From: Prevotella phage Lak-A1 | Direction: 5' to 3' (one strand) | Sequence record: MK250016.1 | DNA: 32,000 nucleotides | Shown: one piece after another, positions 1 through 12,580 of the stretch | Layout of the letters: every line of letters begins with the position of its first letter | Position numbering within the stretch: the stretch's first letter is position 1 | The notes under the pieces: generated by a model | Databases searched by the model: none | What the model was told of the DNA's origin: nothing | Seen by the model: the letters and a program-made list of their open reading frames with translations, nothing else | Translations under genes and position numbers: made by a program

Positions 1-222
1 AGATGATATATATAATTCTCCTATTTTATACAAATTTTCTGCATTATCTAAATCTGAATAACTTGATGGATATTCTGTTTTATTCCATGGTTTATTTTTT
101 AATGTATTTAATTCATCATCGATAACCTTCTATGTAAATACAGACTATGTTGCATTATTATCCACAATATCATCAATATCATCAAATAAACTCTCTATTA
201 AACGCTTTATTAATTTATTCAT
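1..222 (-). CDS. Hypothetical protein, N-terminal part only (runs off the window start); begins MNKLIKRLIESLFDDIDDIVDNNATQSVFTQKV
   Basis: ORF from ATG at 222..220 open to the window edge when TAG is read as Gln (two in-frame TAGs); shares the N-terminal LxESLFDD motif with other genes here. Confidence 0.7.
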
Positions 223-236
223 TTTTAATATTATTT

Positions 237-3200
237 TTATACTTTATTATTAACATTTATATATTTAGTAAAAGCAAAAGTATCACTATTATTACTAGAT
301 ATATTATATTTATACATATATCTAATATAGAAACTACTTAAACCATAATATGTTTTACCATCAAAAGATGTTGGTGCTGGTAACTTAATACCATTAAGAT
401 CTAACGATGGAATCTAAAATTTATTTGTACTAGTAATTGTTGGAGTATATATGTTCTTTGATAATATTTCATTATAATATTTATGAGTACGTGGTAATGT
501 TGATGATGTTGTATGATCACTACTATTGTATAAATCTATATCATAAATTGAACAGTCTACATAAATTAAATCTTTTAATACTGGTGTAGCTACACTAGAA
601 TCTCTATACTACATTTTCATATTTATAGTTACACCATTCTATATACTAGAATTTGTTGAAATTATATTGTTCAGTGAATATGTTGTATCGTAACATATAT
701 CAGTATAAAAATCAGTTATATCTAATTCAACTCTAGTATGCTTGATAGACGCTCTAGTTGATGAATTAGCAACTGGATTTATAGATAATATTGCTGTTTT
801 TTGTTTTGTATTATATTTCAAAGTACCAACTTTTGCGTACGTTGTTTTATACTTTGTTGCACTACCATTTGAATCTACATATGTATATTTTTCAGTGATT
901 TTTATAGATGAATTTGTTGTATCTAACTAATTTATATCATTATTTAATAAATATAAAAAACTTTTTTGTGGATTAAAATCACCTCTATAAAATTGTATAT
1001 TACCCTCACTATATGTTTTAAATGAAATATCATTATAACGTACAAATTTAATATTTACTTTACCATCCCATCTACCACTATACCATGTCATCCATATATC
1101 AAAATTTAATGTTATATTCAATTTACTTAAATTAAATTCACTAAGTAATTTCTTAAAATTAATTGCAATTGATTCATATCCACAACCATGTGTATTATCA
1201 CCACTAAATGCTATATAACTATATACTTTAGTACTCTCATTATCATTTGTTTGAGCATAACCAAATGAATTTTTACATAAATCTACATCTGTATCTGCTA
1301 TTATTAATGAACCATTATCAGATCTAGTTAATAATGTCGCAGTATCCAAATCTTTGCCACCACTCCATTCATATACTAATCCAAATATATCAAATGCTGG
1401 GAAAAACTCACTATCACCATTTTGAACAATATCTTTATCTATTGTTTTTTGAATATCTCCATTTTTATATGTAACAGACCAATTTCGCTTAAATAATTTG
1501 TCTATATTTATATCTTCTACTCTTGCAGGAACGCTAAATATATATTCAATCTAATAATCTGTTATCGTAGGTCCAGAAACCTTTGTTGGAGTATAACTCA
1601 TAAATCCCTCAACTTCAGTAGATTCATTTAATACTAAATCTGTTGTAACATGATTTCCCTTTATATTAGGATCTGTTCCTACATAACCATAATATATTAT
1701 TTTACACTAACCACCTGATTTAGGTATAGGGTCTGGCTCATTTTTTAATATTAATTTTATATCACCTGGTTTTTGTGTAAAACTTATAGACTTTGATTTA
1801 TCTTGATATTTTACTGTAAATTTATATGTAATAGTATTTGCAGTTGTATTTGATGTAAATTTATATTTTCTACTTAATATTTTATATTCGTTATCTTCAG
1901 TTACTTTTCCGTCTGTTGACATAAAATTAAGTCCATCCCCAACTGTTTCATTTACAAATGTTACATTTTCTTTTTCTATTACATGTTCTTCATTTAATAT
2001 TCCAAAATAGTTTATTGTTTTTATTTCGCCTACAGGATTAACAATATTTTGTTTTGACTAATCAGTTTCGCTATCAAATATAGATACATCAAATGTTGCT
2101 CCTTCCTATGTTATTGATAAATTCGCCGGAAGTTTTTGTCCATTTAAATTATAACTACATTCAAATTCATATGTTATAGGATCTTTAGTTTTATTATCTT
2201 TAACTGTATATACTTTTCCATATTCACCTTGTAGTAATCCCGAAGGTGGTGTTGATAATTCAGTTAATCTGTTATTTCCATTTTCATCTTTCGTTTCATC
2301 TTCATTTGTCTGCGTTATACTAAAATTATTAGACTATACATATGGATAAATTTTGTCATCATTATCTTTTTCTACACTACATATAACAGTTATATGTGAT
2401 GGTGATAATGGTGATAATGGTGATAATGTAAGAGAATCAAATTTCGCGTTTAACTTATAACTTGAACTACCCTATGTACATGTTAATGTTTTTTTATGTT
2501 TATCATCTCCAAATTGAATAATAAATTTATATGTTTTATTACTTGTTGTGAGATTTGGACCTATAGAATAATCAAATGAATATTTTTTTGAAGTACTATT
2601 ATATGAAACAATAAAATTATTTATTCCCGGTTTAAGTTGTGTACTATTTAATTCAGTAATTAAGCTATATATAAAATTGCCTATTGCATCTTTACCTAAA
2701 TCTATTATTTCACCATTATTGTATTGTAGATAAAATGTAATTTTTACTGTGTCACCTTTATTACTTATTTCAGGTTTATCTATCTCTGCATTTAATGTAC
2801 ATTTTTCATCTCTACCAAATGATGTTCTTATTACTGTTAAATCATTTGTCTTTGTGTTATCTTTATCAATACCATTATAACGATAATAAAATTTATATGT
2901 TTTATTCTCTGGTTCATTATAAAGATCAGTTAAATTATACTCTGATTTATATGTATTTAAACTTGAATCTAATGTACCTCTATCAATCTAAAAAGTATTA
3001 TTATCTATAAATTTAAAATATTCAGACTATGTTGGTTGTAATTCATCATTTAATAAAACTCTAACATGTATGTTTTGATTTGAATGTGGATACCCATTAT
3101 ATGTTATAATTGCACTACTATCTGTACCATTATTCGTTATTGTTCCTGCATTATTATTATCAAAAAATGCAAGCAAATCAAGTGAAGCACCATCCTAATA

Positions 3201-6200
3201 TATTTCAATTCTATTATTATCATTATCCGTATAATTAGTAAATGGATTCCATGTATAACGATAATCAGTTCCATTTATATTATCACTAATAAATTCATAT
3301 TTTATAGATTTAGTTATTTCTCGTTTTAATAAGTCATCATTTTTATTTACTTTAAATGTAATTTTTAAATATGATGAATCATTAAACGTTTCTTCTCCTG
3401 CATTTTCAAACGCATTATTATCAATAGTTATATCACTAATATTTACAAAACCTCGAAAATGTGTTTTATCTAAATCTATATATGTTTTGTAACTATTACC
3501 GTAAATATAATTAGCATCATCTGGTAACACTATCATAAATACAGTTCTATAATATAAAGTTACCGGATAACCTGTTGCTGGTATTCCGTTATCAGTAGTA
3601 CCTATTTTTAATATACTTTTATTATTGTTATATGATGAATCGTTATCAGATCTATATTGAATATATGTACCATTTAATGTATTTTCATTATCTGGTGTTG
3701 TTTTAATTTCAGGCTTATAAATATTTAATATTTTGTAAATATATAACTTAGTATTTATAGTACTATAACCCTACTTATACATAAATGCATATGTTACCCT
3801 ACCCGGACATATATATCTTAGTATTGTAATTTTACCTCTATATGTATAATCTTCTTTATTATATGTTGGATTTTCTTCCGCATATGGCTATACATCAACC
3901 TAATTAGCTACACTAATTGAAAACTCTTTTACCTAAAATTTTGATAAATCTATTTTTTTAAGTGAGCCATCATCTTTATTAATTTCGCATACATAACATT
4001 TATAATAAAGTATATTATTAATAAATGGTGATATATATAATTTTTTTGGTTTATACTCTAATAAAGTTGAATAGCTACTGTCTTTGTATAATTCTACATA
4101 TATCTATAAATATAGTTGTTTAATATCATAATAATTTGTTGAATCATGATATTTTATTTTAATACGAAATATAATATCTTTAATAGTAGTTATATCATCT
4201 CCATCCATTTTCTATGGATCAACTTTTATAATAGACTATGATTTATTAAGTAATTTTCTATTACCTTGTATCACATGTATATAACCTGGTGTATTATCAT
4301 TAGTTGTATATGTAAAATATACATTATCAACTGATGTTTCTAAATGTTTATCTAAATAACCATCTTTAATAATACCTACACTTATTACTTCAAATCTATC
4401 TTCACCTAATGCTGATACATAATTTGATCTTGGTCTGATTTCACATGCATATACTACTGATTTCTATGTTACAACATGAGAAACTGTTTTTGAATTATAT
4501 TTTACTGTAAATGTTAAACGTCTATCTACATTTTTATCATATATATTTTTACATCTTATATTACTTGCAACTACATAATTAATATTTTCATATGTTATAA
4601 TTTCATATTGTATATCTAATAAATTAACATCATCATTATCACATGTAATTGTATATAAATTTACATCTTCTATTGTAATTCCTTTTTCGTTATCAAACGC
4701 TCTAAATGCTAAAATTATATTATTATATTCTGGTATACCTCCAATTTTTTCTGTACATTCATCTTGTTTAATTGCCAAATCAATAGAAAGTATGTCCTAT
4801 GTTAATTTACATGAAGCTTGTAGAATATCAAGATTATTATCCATATTAAAATTTATAGTCTTTGTAATAGAAGCACGTTCATTTCTATCAAAATTAATAT
4901 CTAATATATATTCATCACCATTTAATGTAACATTATTATATAATACACTGTCAACTAATGCATTTATTGTATATGTCGTAGAAATATTATTTTTTATATT
5001 TGTAACATTTGTAATCTTTACAGAATTCTTTTTATCAATCTCTATTATACCATAATAATGCAATCTTATTGTTTCACCAAATGCAGAAACATTATATGTT
5101 CCATTAGTAGAAGGAGTTTCTGCTGTATTTCTATCTAAATATTCTACGTAATACTATAATTTTATACTTGATTTATCTTGAATTATTTGTTTTACTGTAC
5201 TTTTTAATTTATTAGAACCATTATCATATACTACGTTAACATATAAATATCTTTGCTCACTTGTATAATTTTCATCTACATTTATAGTGGTTTTAAATTC
5301 ACCATCAACATATATAGTTTTAATTACACTATAATTAATCTAATTCTATGTATTACTATATGAAAACTCTAACTATAAATTATCTTTAACTTCTTTTGAC
5401 TTAACATTAATACCATCTGTATATGTACATTTATATGTTAATATTCTATTATCACCATTAAAAATTACAGGATTCGGTTTATCTATATCTAACGTAATAG
5501 TATATGTATTAACATTCTATATTATTGATTTTTGTTGATTAACTTCATTATATTGAGTTTTAAATATTGCTTCAAATTCTAACGTCTTCTAACTACTTAT
5601 ATTCTCATCTATTAAATATACTAATTCTACTGTATTGTCAGATGAATTAATTTTTAATGACTTTATTTTATTTTTATCTAATAAATTACCATTTAAATTT
5701 AATGTTACATTAGACTAATTTCTTTTATTTAATACTGCCCAATATTTTATATGGATTTCCTGTTCATCACCAGATATTACACCTCCATCTTTATTTAAAT
5801 GTCCATTCTACACTTCTGTAGGAATAAACTCCAAATGAACTTCAATATTTTCTTTTGGGGCCTATGAAACTTTTGCATATATATGATTTATAGGTGTTAA
5901 ACTCTATACATTATTACGTACAGCAAATTCCATTACATCTTTACGTAATTTTTCTGTTGTATTATCACTAATAGATGTAATGATTAATTTATTGTAATAT
6001 TTTAAAGCCTCATTTGTTTCGCTATCTTTTTCACCTTCTTTTATAAATTTATACCCTGTAATCCAATCAGGTTTATATATACAATTAATATCTGATGTAA
6101 TAGGTATATAATTCCATTCTAATACAGCATAATAACCTGTATTAGTCTCATTAAATTTATCTGCAGGTAATAACGGTAATATAATAGTATCTGATAAAAT

Positions 6201-6227
6201 TTTATGAAATTTATTATTGCTCATCAT
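237..6227 (-). CDS. Giant (~1996 aa) virion-associated-type protein with beta-rich Ig/BACON-like repeats, TAG-recoded
   Basis: Track fragments 639..821, 927..1349, 1707..1922, 3195..3536, 4464..4778, 4797..5063 and 5904..6227 share one frame, and each checked fragment ends in TAG. At least 25 in-frame TAG codons by manual inspection. TAA at 237..239 terminates. Recurrent strands such as 'YKFTVKYQDKSKSISFTQ', 'RRLTFTVKYNSKTVSHVVTQ', 'NGSNKLKSTVKQIIQ'. Confidence 0.8.
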
Positions 6228-6251
6228 TTATATGCAAATTAGTTTTATAAA

Positions 6252-7967
6252 TTAAATAAATCCATGGAATATAAAATCACCATAAATTGATCTAGTTGTT
6301 GGTCCCCATGTTGTCAATATAGCGACAACGAACCAAATATTTGTTAATTTTAATCGTTCATATGTAGGTAAGAAATCACCTCCAATGACAATAGTCCATT
6401 CTAATAATCTTACTAATTTTTCTATTGCAGGTGCATTTTGATCACTCAATGCTAATCGTACATCAAATAAATCAGGATCCATTAAATATTCAGGTGTTTG
6501 AATCGGTGGAAATGCTTTTCTGATTATTGCGTTTATTTTCTAAAAATCAACATTCTGTAATGCAGACTTTGCACCAATATCAAGTTTAAATTGACACTTA
6601 CTCATATCAAATGCAATATTCATAACACCCATTCCCCAAAATGGTTTACCTAACTATCCTGCTTTATATACAGTTGGATCAGTTTTATAAAAAGGACAAA
6701 TTGCCATATTTGACTTTGCAGTAAAGAAGAAACCATATTCCTATGGACCTATATAGAATGGTCCACTTATATTTGTAATTGCATTATAGGCAACTGCTAA
6801 TGCTTTTTCCAATGCTTCCTTTGCTAATTGTACTGCTCTGATAATCTGATTAATAACTGCAAATAACGGCGCTAATTTCTCATCTACCGTGCCGAATTTA
6901 ATACGTCTTAGTAATTTTATAATTAACTCATTTTTCTTTATTAGAAGCAAATTAATTATCTTTTTTATCTCTATAAATACAAGGTTTACTTTTGCTGTTA
7001 CATAATCTCTATATTCTTTTGGCATAGTTGCAGTTCCTGCTAAAATATCTGGAACTTTCTATACTACATTTAATACAAGATTAAAATAATCTAAAATATT
7101 TTTAATTTTATCTATTATTTCTGGCGTTTCTGTTCTATATTCACCTTTTAGTGTTTCTGTAATTTTTATAAGTAAATCTTTTCCTGCACATGTAAGTGAA
7201 CAATATCCATTACCGGGCATGAAATCTATATGTTTTCCGCAAACAGGACATGTTCCTCCTTTTACAAGATAATGACCAAACTAATCAACTGCAGATGCTA
7301 ATCCTATTGCAGCATCTAATGTATTTTTACTCGTTCTAGTTCCATCTTCATCTTCAGTTACAGTATTTGTAACATTCTTAACAATATCTTCATCTTCTGC
7401 ATTTTGTACAGAAGCAGCAGCTAATGTTGTTACATCCTGTAATGCAACAGTATCTTTTATCTGCTGATTAACATCTGTTTCTTTTCCTTGATGATATTCA
7501 TTATCCTATACAGAAACACCATACATATCTTCTTCTATAATATTAGATTCATCAAATAATGATGCACCTGTATATTCCTCTAGATCTTCTTCTGATTGTT
7601 CAGTATGTCCAGTTGTATTTACAAATTCTTCATTATTATCTTCTTGTTCTTCTAACTATTTCTGTGTAAAAGAATTAATATATTCTTCTGTTTCAGCAGC
7701 AGATTTATTTTTTAATCTTTCACCAGTTGTTAAATTTTTAATACTATATACCCGTTCAACATCAATCAGATTATTAGTTACATTTTCATCTTTATCTATT
7801 TCATAATAAACATCCCATGTTACTCGTATTTTATTTCTTGGATCTCCTACATAATATGTTTTATATCTTAATGAACTAGTATAATATTTTTTATTCTCAT
7901 CATACTAAAAATCATCGTCATCATAGTTATAATATATAACACCAGTTTTAGATGTAATTGTTTCCAT
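6252..7967 (-). CDS. Uncharacterised ~571-aa phage protein with a Cys/His cluster (GGTCPVCGKHIDFMPGNGYCSLTC), probably structural
   Basis: Track fragments 6252..6482 and 6741..7025 are in the same frame joined by TAG-containing sequence; ATG at 7967 directly follows the TGA of the upstream gene; TAA stop at 6252..6254. Confidence 0.75.
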
Positions 7968-7969
7968 TA

Positions 7970-8677
7970 TCAAATAATTAAGTTTTCAATATTTCCTAAA
8001 TATTCAACTTCATTTAGATTAAATTTTTGTTTTGTATTGTCATTAAATTTTACAATACATGTATTAACATTTTCCTATATAGAATATAATGTACCGAATT
8101 TATTATTCTTAATAACATATACATCATTTTCATGTAATTGATTTGATTTAAATTTCAAATAATTATCATTTGTAAGTGGATATTTTGGTTTCTTATTTTG
8201 TTTATTTGCTACCATTTTACCTAATACCTTTGGTGCTCCGTCAAATGTTTTTATATTATTGAAATTTGCATAACAATTACCATGAATAATATATGGGAAT
8301 GCAGTCCAATCAGATAAATTATTTCCTGTCATATTACAAGAGCCATCTACCTCATTGAATTTAAATAACTGCATTCCCATACGATTCAATCCTTTATTGG
8401 AAAGATATAAATTATCATGGACATCTACTAATATACCATGACCTGTACATTTAATTTCGTAATTATCTACGTCTAATTCATTTAACATTCTCTCGACTCT
8501 TGGTTTTAATTCATTTTCTTCATATTCTGAAGATATATTTGTTGATACATAATCATCATCTCCTAATATATCATCAAAATCATCATCAAAATCATCAAAC
8601 ATTGATTCGTTTAACGTAGATATATTTCTTTTATTGTATTTGTTTATTTTTTTATATTCTGGAACTGAAATAATCAT
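7970..8677 (-). CDS. LRR-like phage protein (~235 aa) with ESMFDDFDDDFDDI N-terminal acidic motif
   Basis: Track ORF 8075..8677 ends at TAG; readthrough extends to TGA at 7970..7972. 'NLYLSNKGL...CNMTGNNL...YANFNNIKTFDGAPKVLGKM' resembles phage LRR repeats. Confidence 0.75.
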
Positions 8678-8714
8678 AATTAGTTATTAAATAATAATTT
8701 ATATTATTTATTTT

Positions 8715-9167
8715 TTAATTATTATCGTCCATAATCAAAGATGGTTTACCTCTATCATCTTTTTTAATTCCCTAACATTCTATTATTTTATTCTTATAAA
8801 AACGTTCATAGAAAAATACTTCCTCACACAAATTATACAGGTCTGTATGTTTAGGTAATATACCATTATCTAAAAGTACAATTTTGTTTATTTCCTTAAT
8901 CTTCTTAAATTTATTCTAAAGGTTAAACAATAAAGTTTCATCCAAATTTTTATTTATGTAAATAATTCCTTGATATTTCTTTAATTTAGACGCCTATTGA
9001 ATTTGATTCAATATTTCAGTATTAATGAAATATACATTCGACTATTTGCTGAGATCTAGTTTAAAACTACTTACGAACGACTATACATCAAGAATAAAAA
9101 AACTTTTAATGTTAGTAAATAACATTCTTAGTTTATTTTCAGATTCAGTTGTTACGTATACATTCAT
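8715..9167 (-). CDS. Hypothetical protein, ~150 aa, missed by the standard-code track
   Basis: ATG 9167..9165 to TAA 8715..8717 with several in-frame TAGs: MNVYVTTESENKLRMLFTNIKSFFILDVQSFVSSFKLDLSKQSNVYF...LPKHTDLYNLCEEVFFYERFYKNKIIECQGIKKDDRGKPSLIMDDNN. Confidence 0.65.
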
Positions 9168-9226
9168 TTATATTAATTACTCGTTAGTTTTTAATTATAG
9201 TTACCAATTATTTATTATTGAAATTA

Positions 9227-10366
9227 TCAAACCTCATGTTTTGTATTATCTGATAATGTTGATTCATAATAATCAGTTAAACCTTTCGCTAACGCTTCTT
9301 TCAACGTATTATTATTCATACGTCTTGAAATACTTGTAACAAAATGTTCTGACATTCCTTCTGGATACACATCCTTTATAGTTTTATAAACTTCCTTTGG
9401 AGGTAATTCAAGTTCAATATCAACACCAATATTATATACTTTCTTCTTACTCTTATCAATCATATTAGTAATAAGAATATCCTCTTTATAATCTGGATCT
9501 TCATATGGTGATATTTTCTTATCTTCAGAAACTTGGTCAATTACTTCATTACGTAATCGTTTTGCAAATTGTTCAGTAGATAATGTAACAGTTTCTCCAT
9601 TAGAAACTATATTAATAGAATCATATTCTGAATTAGACAAAATATCATCAAGATTAATAGTAATACTTGCATGACGTACAGTTTCAATTACCGCAGTAGA
9701 AATAGGTGATTTAGTTGTATTAACTTGCTTACTATTATATTGAGTAATTTGAGGATTTGGAACTTTTGCAATTATATCTGCTACAATTTCTGGAGACTCT
9801 ACTTTAATTTCTGGTTTCTTTACAGTTTTACCTAAAATTAAATTATCAGTTGATTCAGAAATATTAGTATTCTGCTTTAATGATGGATCTAATAATTCAG
9901 GATGTAAAGAAAGTAAATAATTTTCTTTTGGTTCGATATTTGTAGTTTTAACTGTAACAGGTGGTGTCGCATCGGTTCTCTTACCTGCATTACTTATAGG
10001 TCTAGATGAAGATTTACCGTCTTCAGATAATGTCAGACTCATATGTTCTCCATTAACACCTATACCTGGTTGAGGAACCTCAAACACTTCTCCATTTTCT
10101 CCTGTTACTGTTTTTGTTTCATTAAGATTAAACTCTACTGTTTTGAATGACCATTTATTTGTAGGACCTGAAAGTTCAGTCATCATATATCTGCCATTAA
10201 ATGCATTCATATTATTCACTTCAGCAATATATGATTCATCACATTTCGTATTATCCTCAAATACATAAAGGGTTAATTCATCATCAGATATATCATCGAT
10301 ATATTTCAATTTTGTAATTTTACCAAGAGTTTCTCCTGGTTGCATATGCTAATAAAACTTTGCCAT
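9227..10366 (-). CDS. Hypothetical phage protein (~379 aa)
   Basis: Track ORF 9227..10345 extends upstream through TAG to ATG at 10366 (MAKFY-TAG-HMQPGETLGKITKLKYIDDISDDEL...). TGA stop at 9227..9229. Confidence 0.8.
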
Positions 10367-10375
10367 ATTTTATAA

Positions 10376-10549
10376 TTAGTTTTCTTTTTCTTTTACATAT
10401 CGTACTTTTACTGATACGATATTAATATTATTGTTTTCTAAATTATTTTCTAATTTATTTATATTGGTATTTTCTTTGGGTATATTTTTAAACTTATTGG
10501 TAAATAAACCCATGAACCAATACCAACATCGTTTAATAAATTGAATCAT
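10376..10549 (-). CDS. Small protein with hydrophobic N-terminus (MIQFIKRCWYWFMGLFTNKFKN...)
   Basis: Short ORF packed between neighbours; the track starts it at a TTG (10564) but an ATG at 10549 is more plausible; TAA stop. Confidence 0.5.
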   Translation of the reverse strand: MIQFIKRCWYWFMGLFTNKFKNIPKENTNINKLENNLENNNINIVSVKVRYVKEKEN

Positions 10550-10618
10550 GAAGTTATTACACAATATTAGTTTTACTCTAATATTTTATATCAAATATAA
10601 TAAGTTTAGTTTACTTTA

Positions 10619-11023
10619 TTATTCACATGTATCTGCACTTCCATTTGATTGATTTTCATCTTCAACTTCTGGTTTATTAACAGGTTTTTTTCTACAAGGT
10701 GCTTCAGTAATTTCTATTCTATTTTTACCAAATGAACTTGTAATCGATTTAATACCCATTAAACCTGCTGATACACTAAAGTAAGTAATTGTTCTATCTA
10801 TAAATTCTAAGATATTCCCGCATTCTCCTGGATTTATAAAATAATATAATACAAGAATAAGGAATAAAAATAAGCATACACATGATGCAATAAAACCTAC
10901 AACCTTTGTTGAACTTGTTTTTCCATTATTATTTGAAAATATTTCAACCGGTGAAAACTTATGTGCATTAAAAATAGGTACGCCACAAATTATGTCGTCA
11001 TCATTTGTTTTCTATGTATTCAT
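10619..11023 (-). CDS. Small membrane protein (~134 aa) with two putative transmembrane segments; holin-like topology possible
   Basis: MNT-TAG-KTNDDDIICGVPIFNAHKFSPVEIFSNNNGKTSSTKVVGFIASCVCLFLFLILVLYYFINPGECGNILEFIDRTITYFSVSAGLMGIKSITSSFGK...; absent from the track because TAG is codon 4. Confidence 0.6.
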
Positions 11024-11100
11024 TTGTTTTTAATTATTTTTCATTTAATTATTTATTTTTATAAATATCATATACAAAATTTAATTAATTATTAATTTAA

Positions 11101-12135
11101 ATGAAACATTTTGGTTTTGACTCAGCATATAAAAAACTATATGAATCATTATTTGATGATACAGATGATATATTAAATAATAGTGAAATTGATCATTCTG
11201 ATTTATATATAGATGATGAATATATTTTTGAAAGATTTAAAGAATTATATAATGAATAGGATTTATCAAAATATAGTATAATAGAATATCCGAAATTCAA
11301 TAATTTTAATATATAGAATATAAATGGAATTGATTATAGATTTGTAGATAGTGTAGAATCATGCGGTCATTATACATTAGGTTATCCCAAATCTATAAAA
11401 CGTTCTGGATTATTTTCATATATAATTAATTCGCAGGAATTAATTGATTTTATTATGAAATATAATATAATTATATAGTGTCCAATTTCATTACATGGTA
11501 AATATTAGGAAACATATATAACTTATATTTTTGATAATATTAATATTCCTGAAAACTTTTTAAATAATTTTTCACTATATAAAGATTCATATGTAGTTAG
11601 AGCATATACACCTGGATTAATTTTTAATAACTGTAATATAATAGAAAATGAATTAGAACATTTATTAAGTTCTACTGATTTTAGTTATAAACGAATAAAA
11701 TATGTTAATTTAAATAAGGTAACATTAAAATCATTAAATATAACAATAACTTAGGATTTTTGTTTTGAAATAATGAATTGTAATTAGTTAACAGATTTAA
11801 ATCTTATATATAAATGTAATATAGTCGATGATAATTCATTAGTTATAAAAAATTGTAAGTCATTGAAAAATGTTAATATATAGGATAATTCTAAATATGT
11901 TTCTTTATTAAAATTAAAAATTGATAAATGTCCTAATATTAATACAGATACATTAATATTACCAAATCATAATACAAAAATATATAATGTACAATTACTT
12001 AATGATAAAATAAAATAGCGTGCAATAAAATTCCGTGGTGATATTGTTGAATATTTTTATAAGAATGGTAATGGTAAAGATTTTAAATATAAGTATTATG
12101 ATATAGGTCCAAATCCACATATGTATTGGTTATAA
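11101..12135 (+). CDS. TAG-recoded LRR-like protein (~344 aa) with LYESLFDDTDDI N-terminal motif
   Basis: ATG 11101 to TAA 12133..12135, about 8 in-frame TAGs; C-terminal half has leucine/asparagine-spaced repeats (LTDLNLIYKCN...LVIKNCKSLKNVNIQDN...). Entirely missing from the standard-code track. Confidence 0.75.
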
Positions 12136-12151
12136 AAATAATATATAATAA

Positions 12152-12183
12152 AAGGGAAATAACTGTTATGAGTTATTTCCCTT
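12152..12183. terminator. Bidirectional hairpin terminator candidate
   Basis: AAGGGAAATAACT-gttatg-AGTTATTTCCCTT, perfect 13-bp stem just downstream of the 11101..12135 stop. Confidence 0.8.
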
Positions 12184-12189
12184 CATTCA

Positions 12190-12372
12190 TTAAAATAAGT
12201 TAGTAATTCGTTTGACTATATTTTTCCGTGTTTTATGTAAGATTTTGTATATAGTCCAAACATGAGGACGAAATAAATACAGGTAAAACCTATAAAGTTT
12301 TTTTATTTCTTTAAAGGAGTATATATGAATTCCATCTGAATTTGTGCTTAAAATCTGTATAAACGTAAACAT
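12190..12372 (-). CDS. Possible small ORF (60 aa), doubtful
   Basis: ATG-TAA ORF in an otherwise intergenic segment; no recognisable domain and no clear ribosome binding site. Confidence 0.25.
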   Translation of the reverse strand: MFTFIQILSTNSDGIHIYSFKEIKKLYRFYLYLFRPHVWTIYKILHKTRKNIVKRITNLF

Positions 12373-12436
12373 AGTAATATTCGAAAAACTTATTTTAATT
12401 ATTATACAATATTTATATAAAATAGTCTTAAAAAAT

Positions 12437-12469
12437 AAGAGGAACTATACATCGCGTACTGTTCCTCTT
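12437..12469. terminator. Hairpin terminator candidate (AAGAGGAAC ... GTTCCTCTT)
   Basis: 9-bp inverted repeat followed by T-rich sequence, downstream end of the 12581..14713 gene; approximate coordinates. Confidence 0.55.
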
Positions 12470-12580
12470 TAATCTAAATAATTTAGAAAAATGAAAACTA
12501 ATTGAAAAACGAGCAAACGTTTTTTCTTAGTTTTTCTATATCTTTTTATTTATCTATGTTTGAAAAATAATTTTTTTAAA

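Noticed and set aside
147-5055. Plus-strand ORFs at 147..341, 742..930, 2795..3010, 4792..5055
   Set aside because: Antisense to the continuous TAG-readthrough giant ORF (or its neighbour); no domains.
237-6227. Multiple in-frame TAGs as pseudogene decay of a tail gene
   Set aside because: The frame is preserved over ~6 kb with TAG as the interrupting codon at every fragment boundary checked; decay would give TAA, TGA and frameshifts too.
9025-9339. Plus-strand 104-aa ORF
   Set aside because: Antisense to two code-15 minus-strand genes with consistent boundaries.
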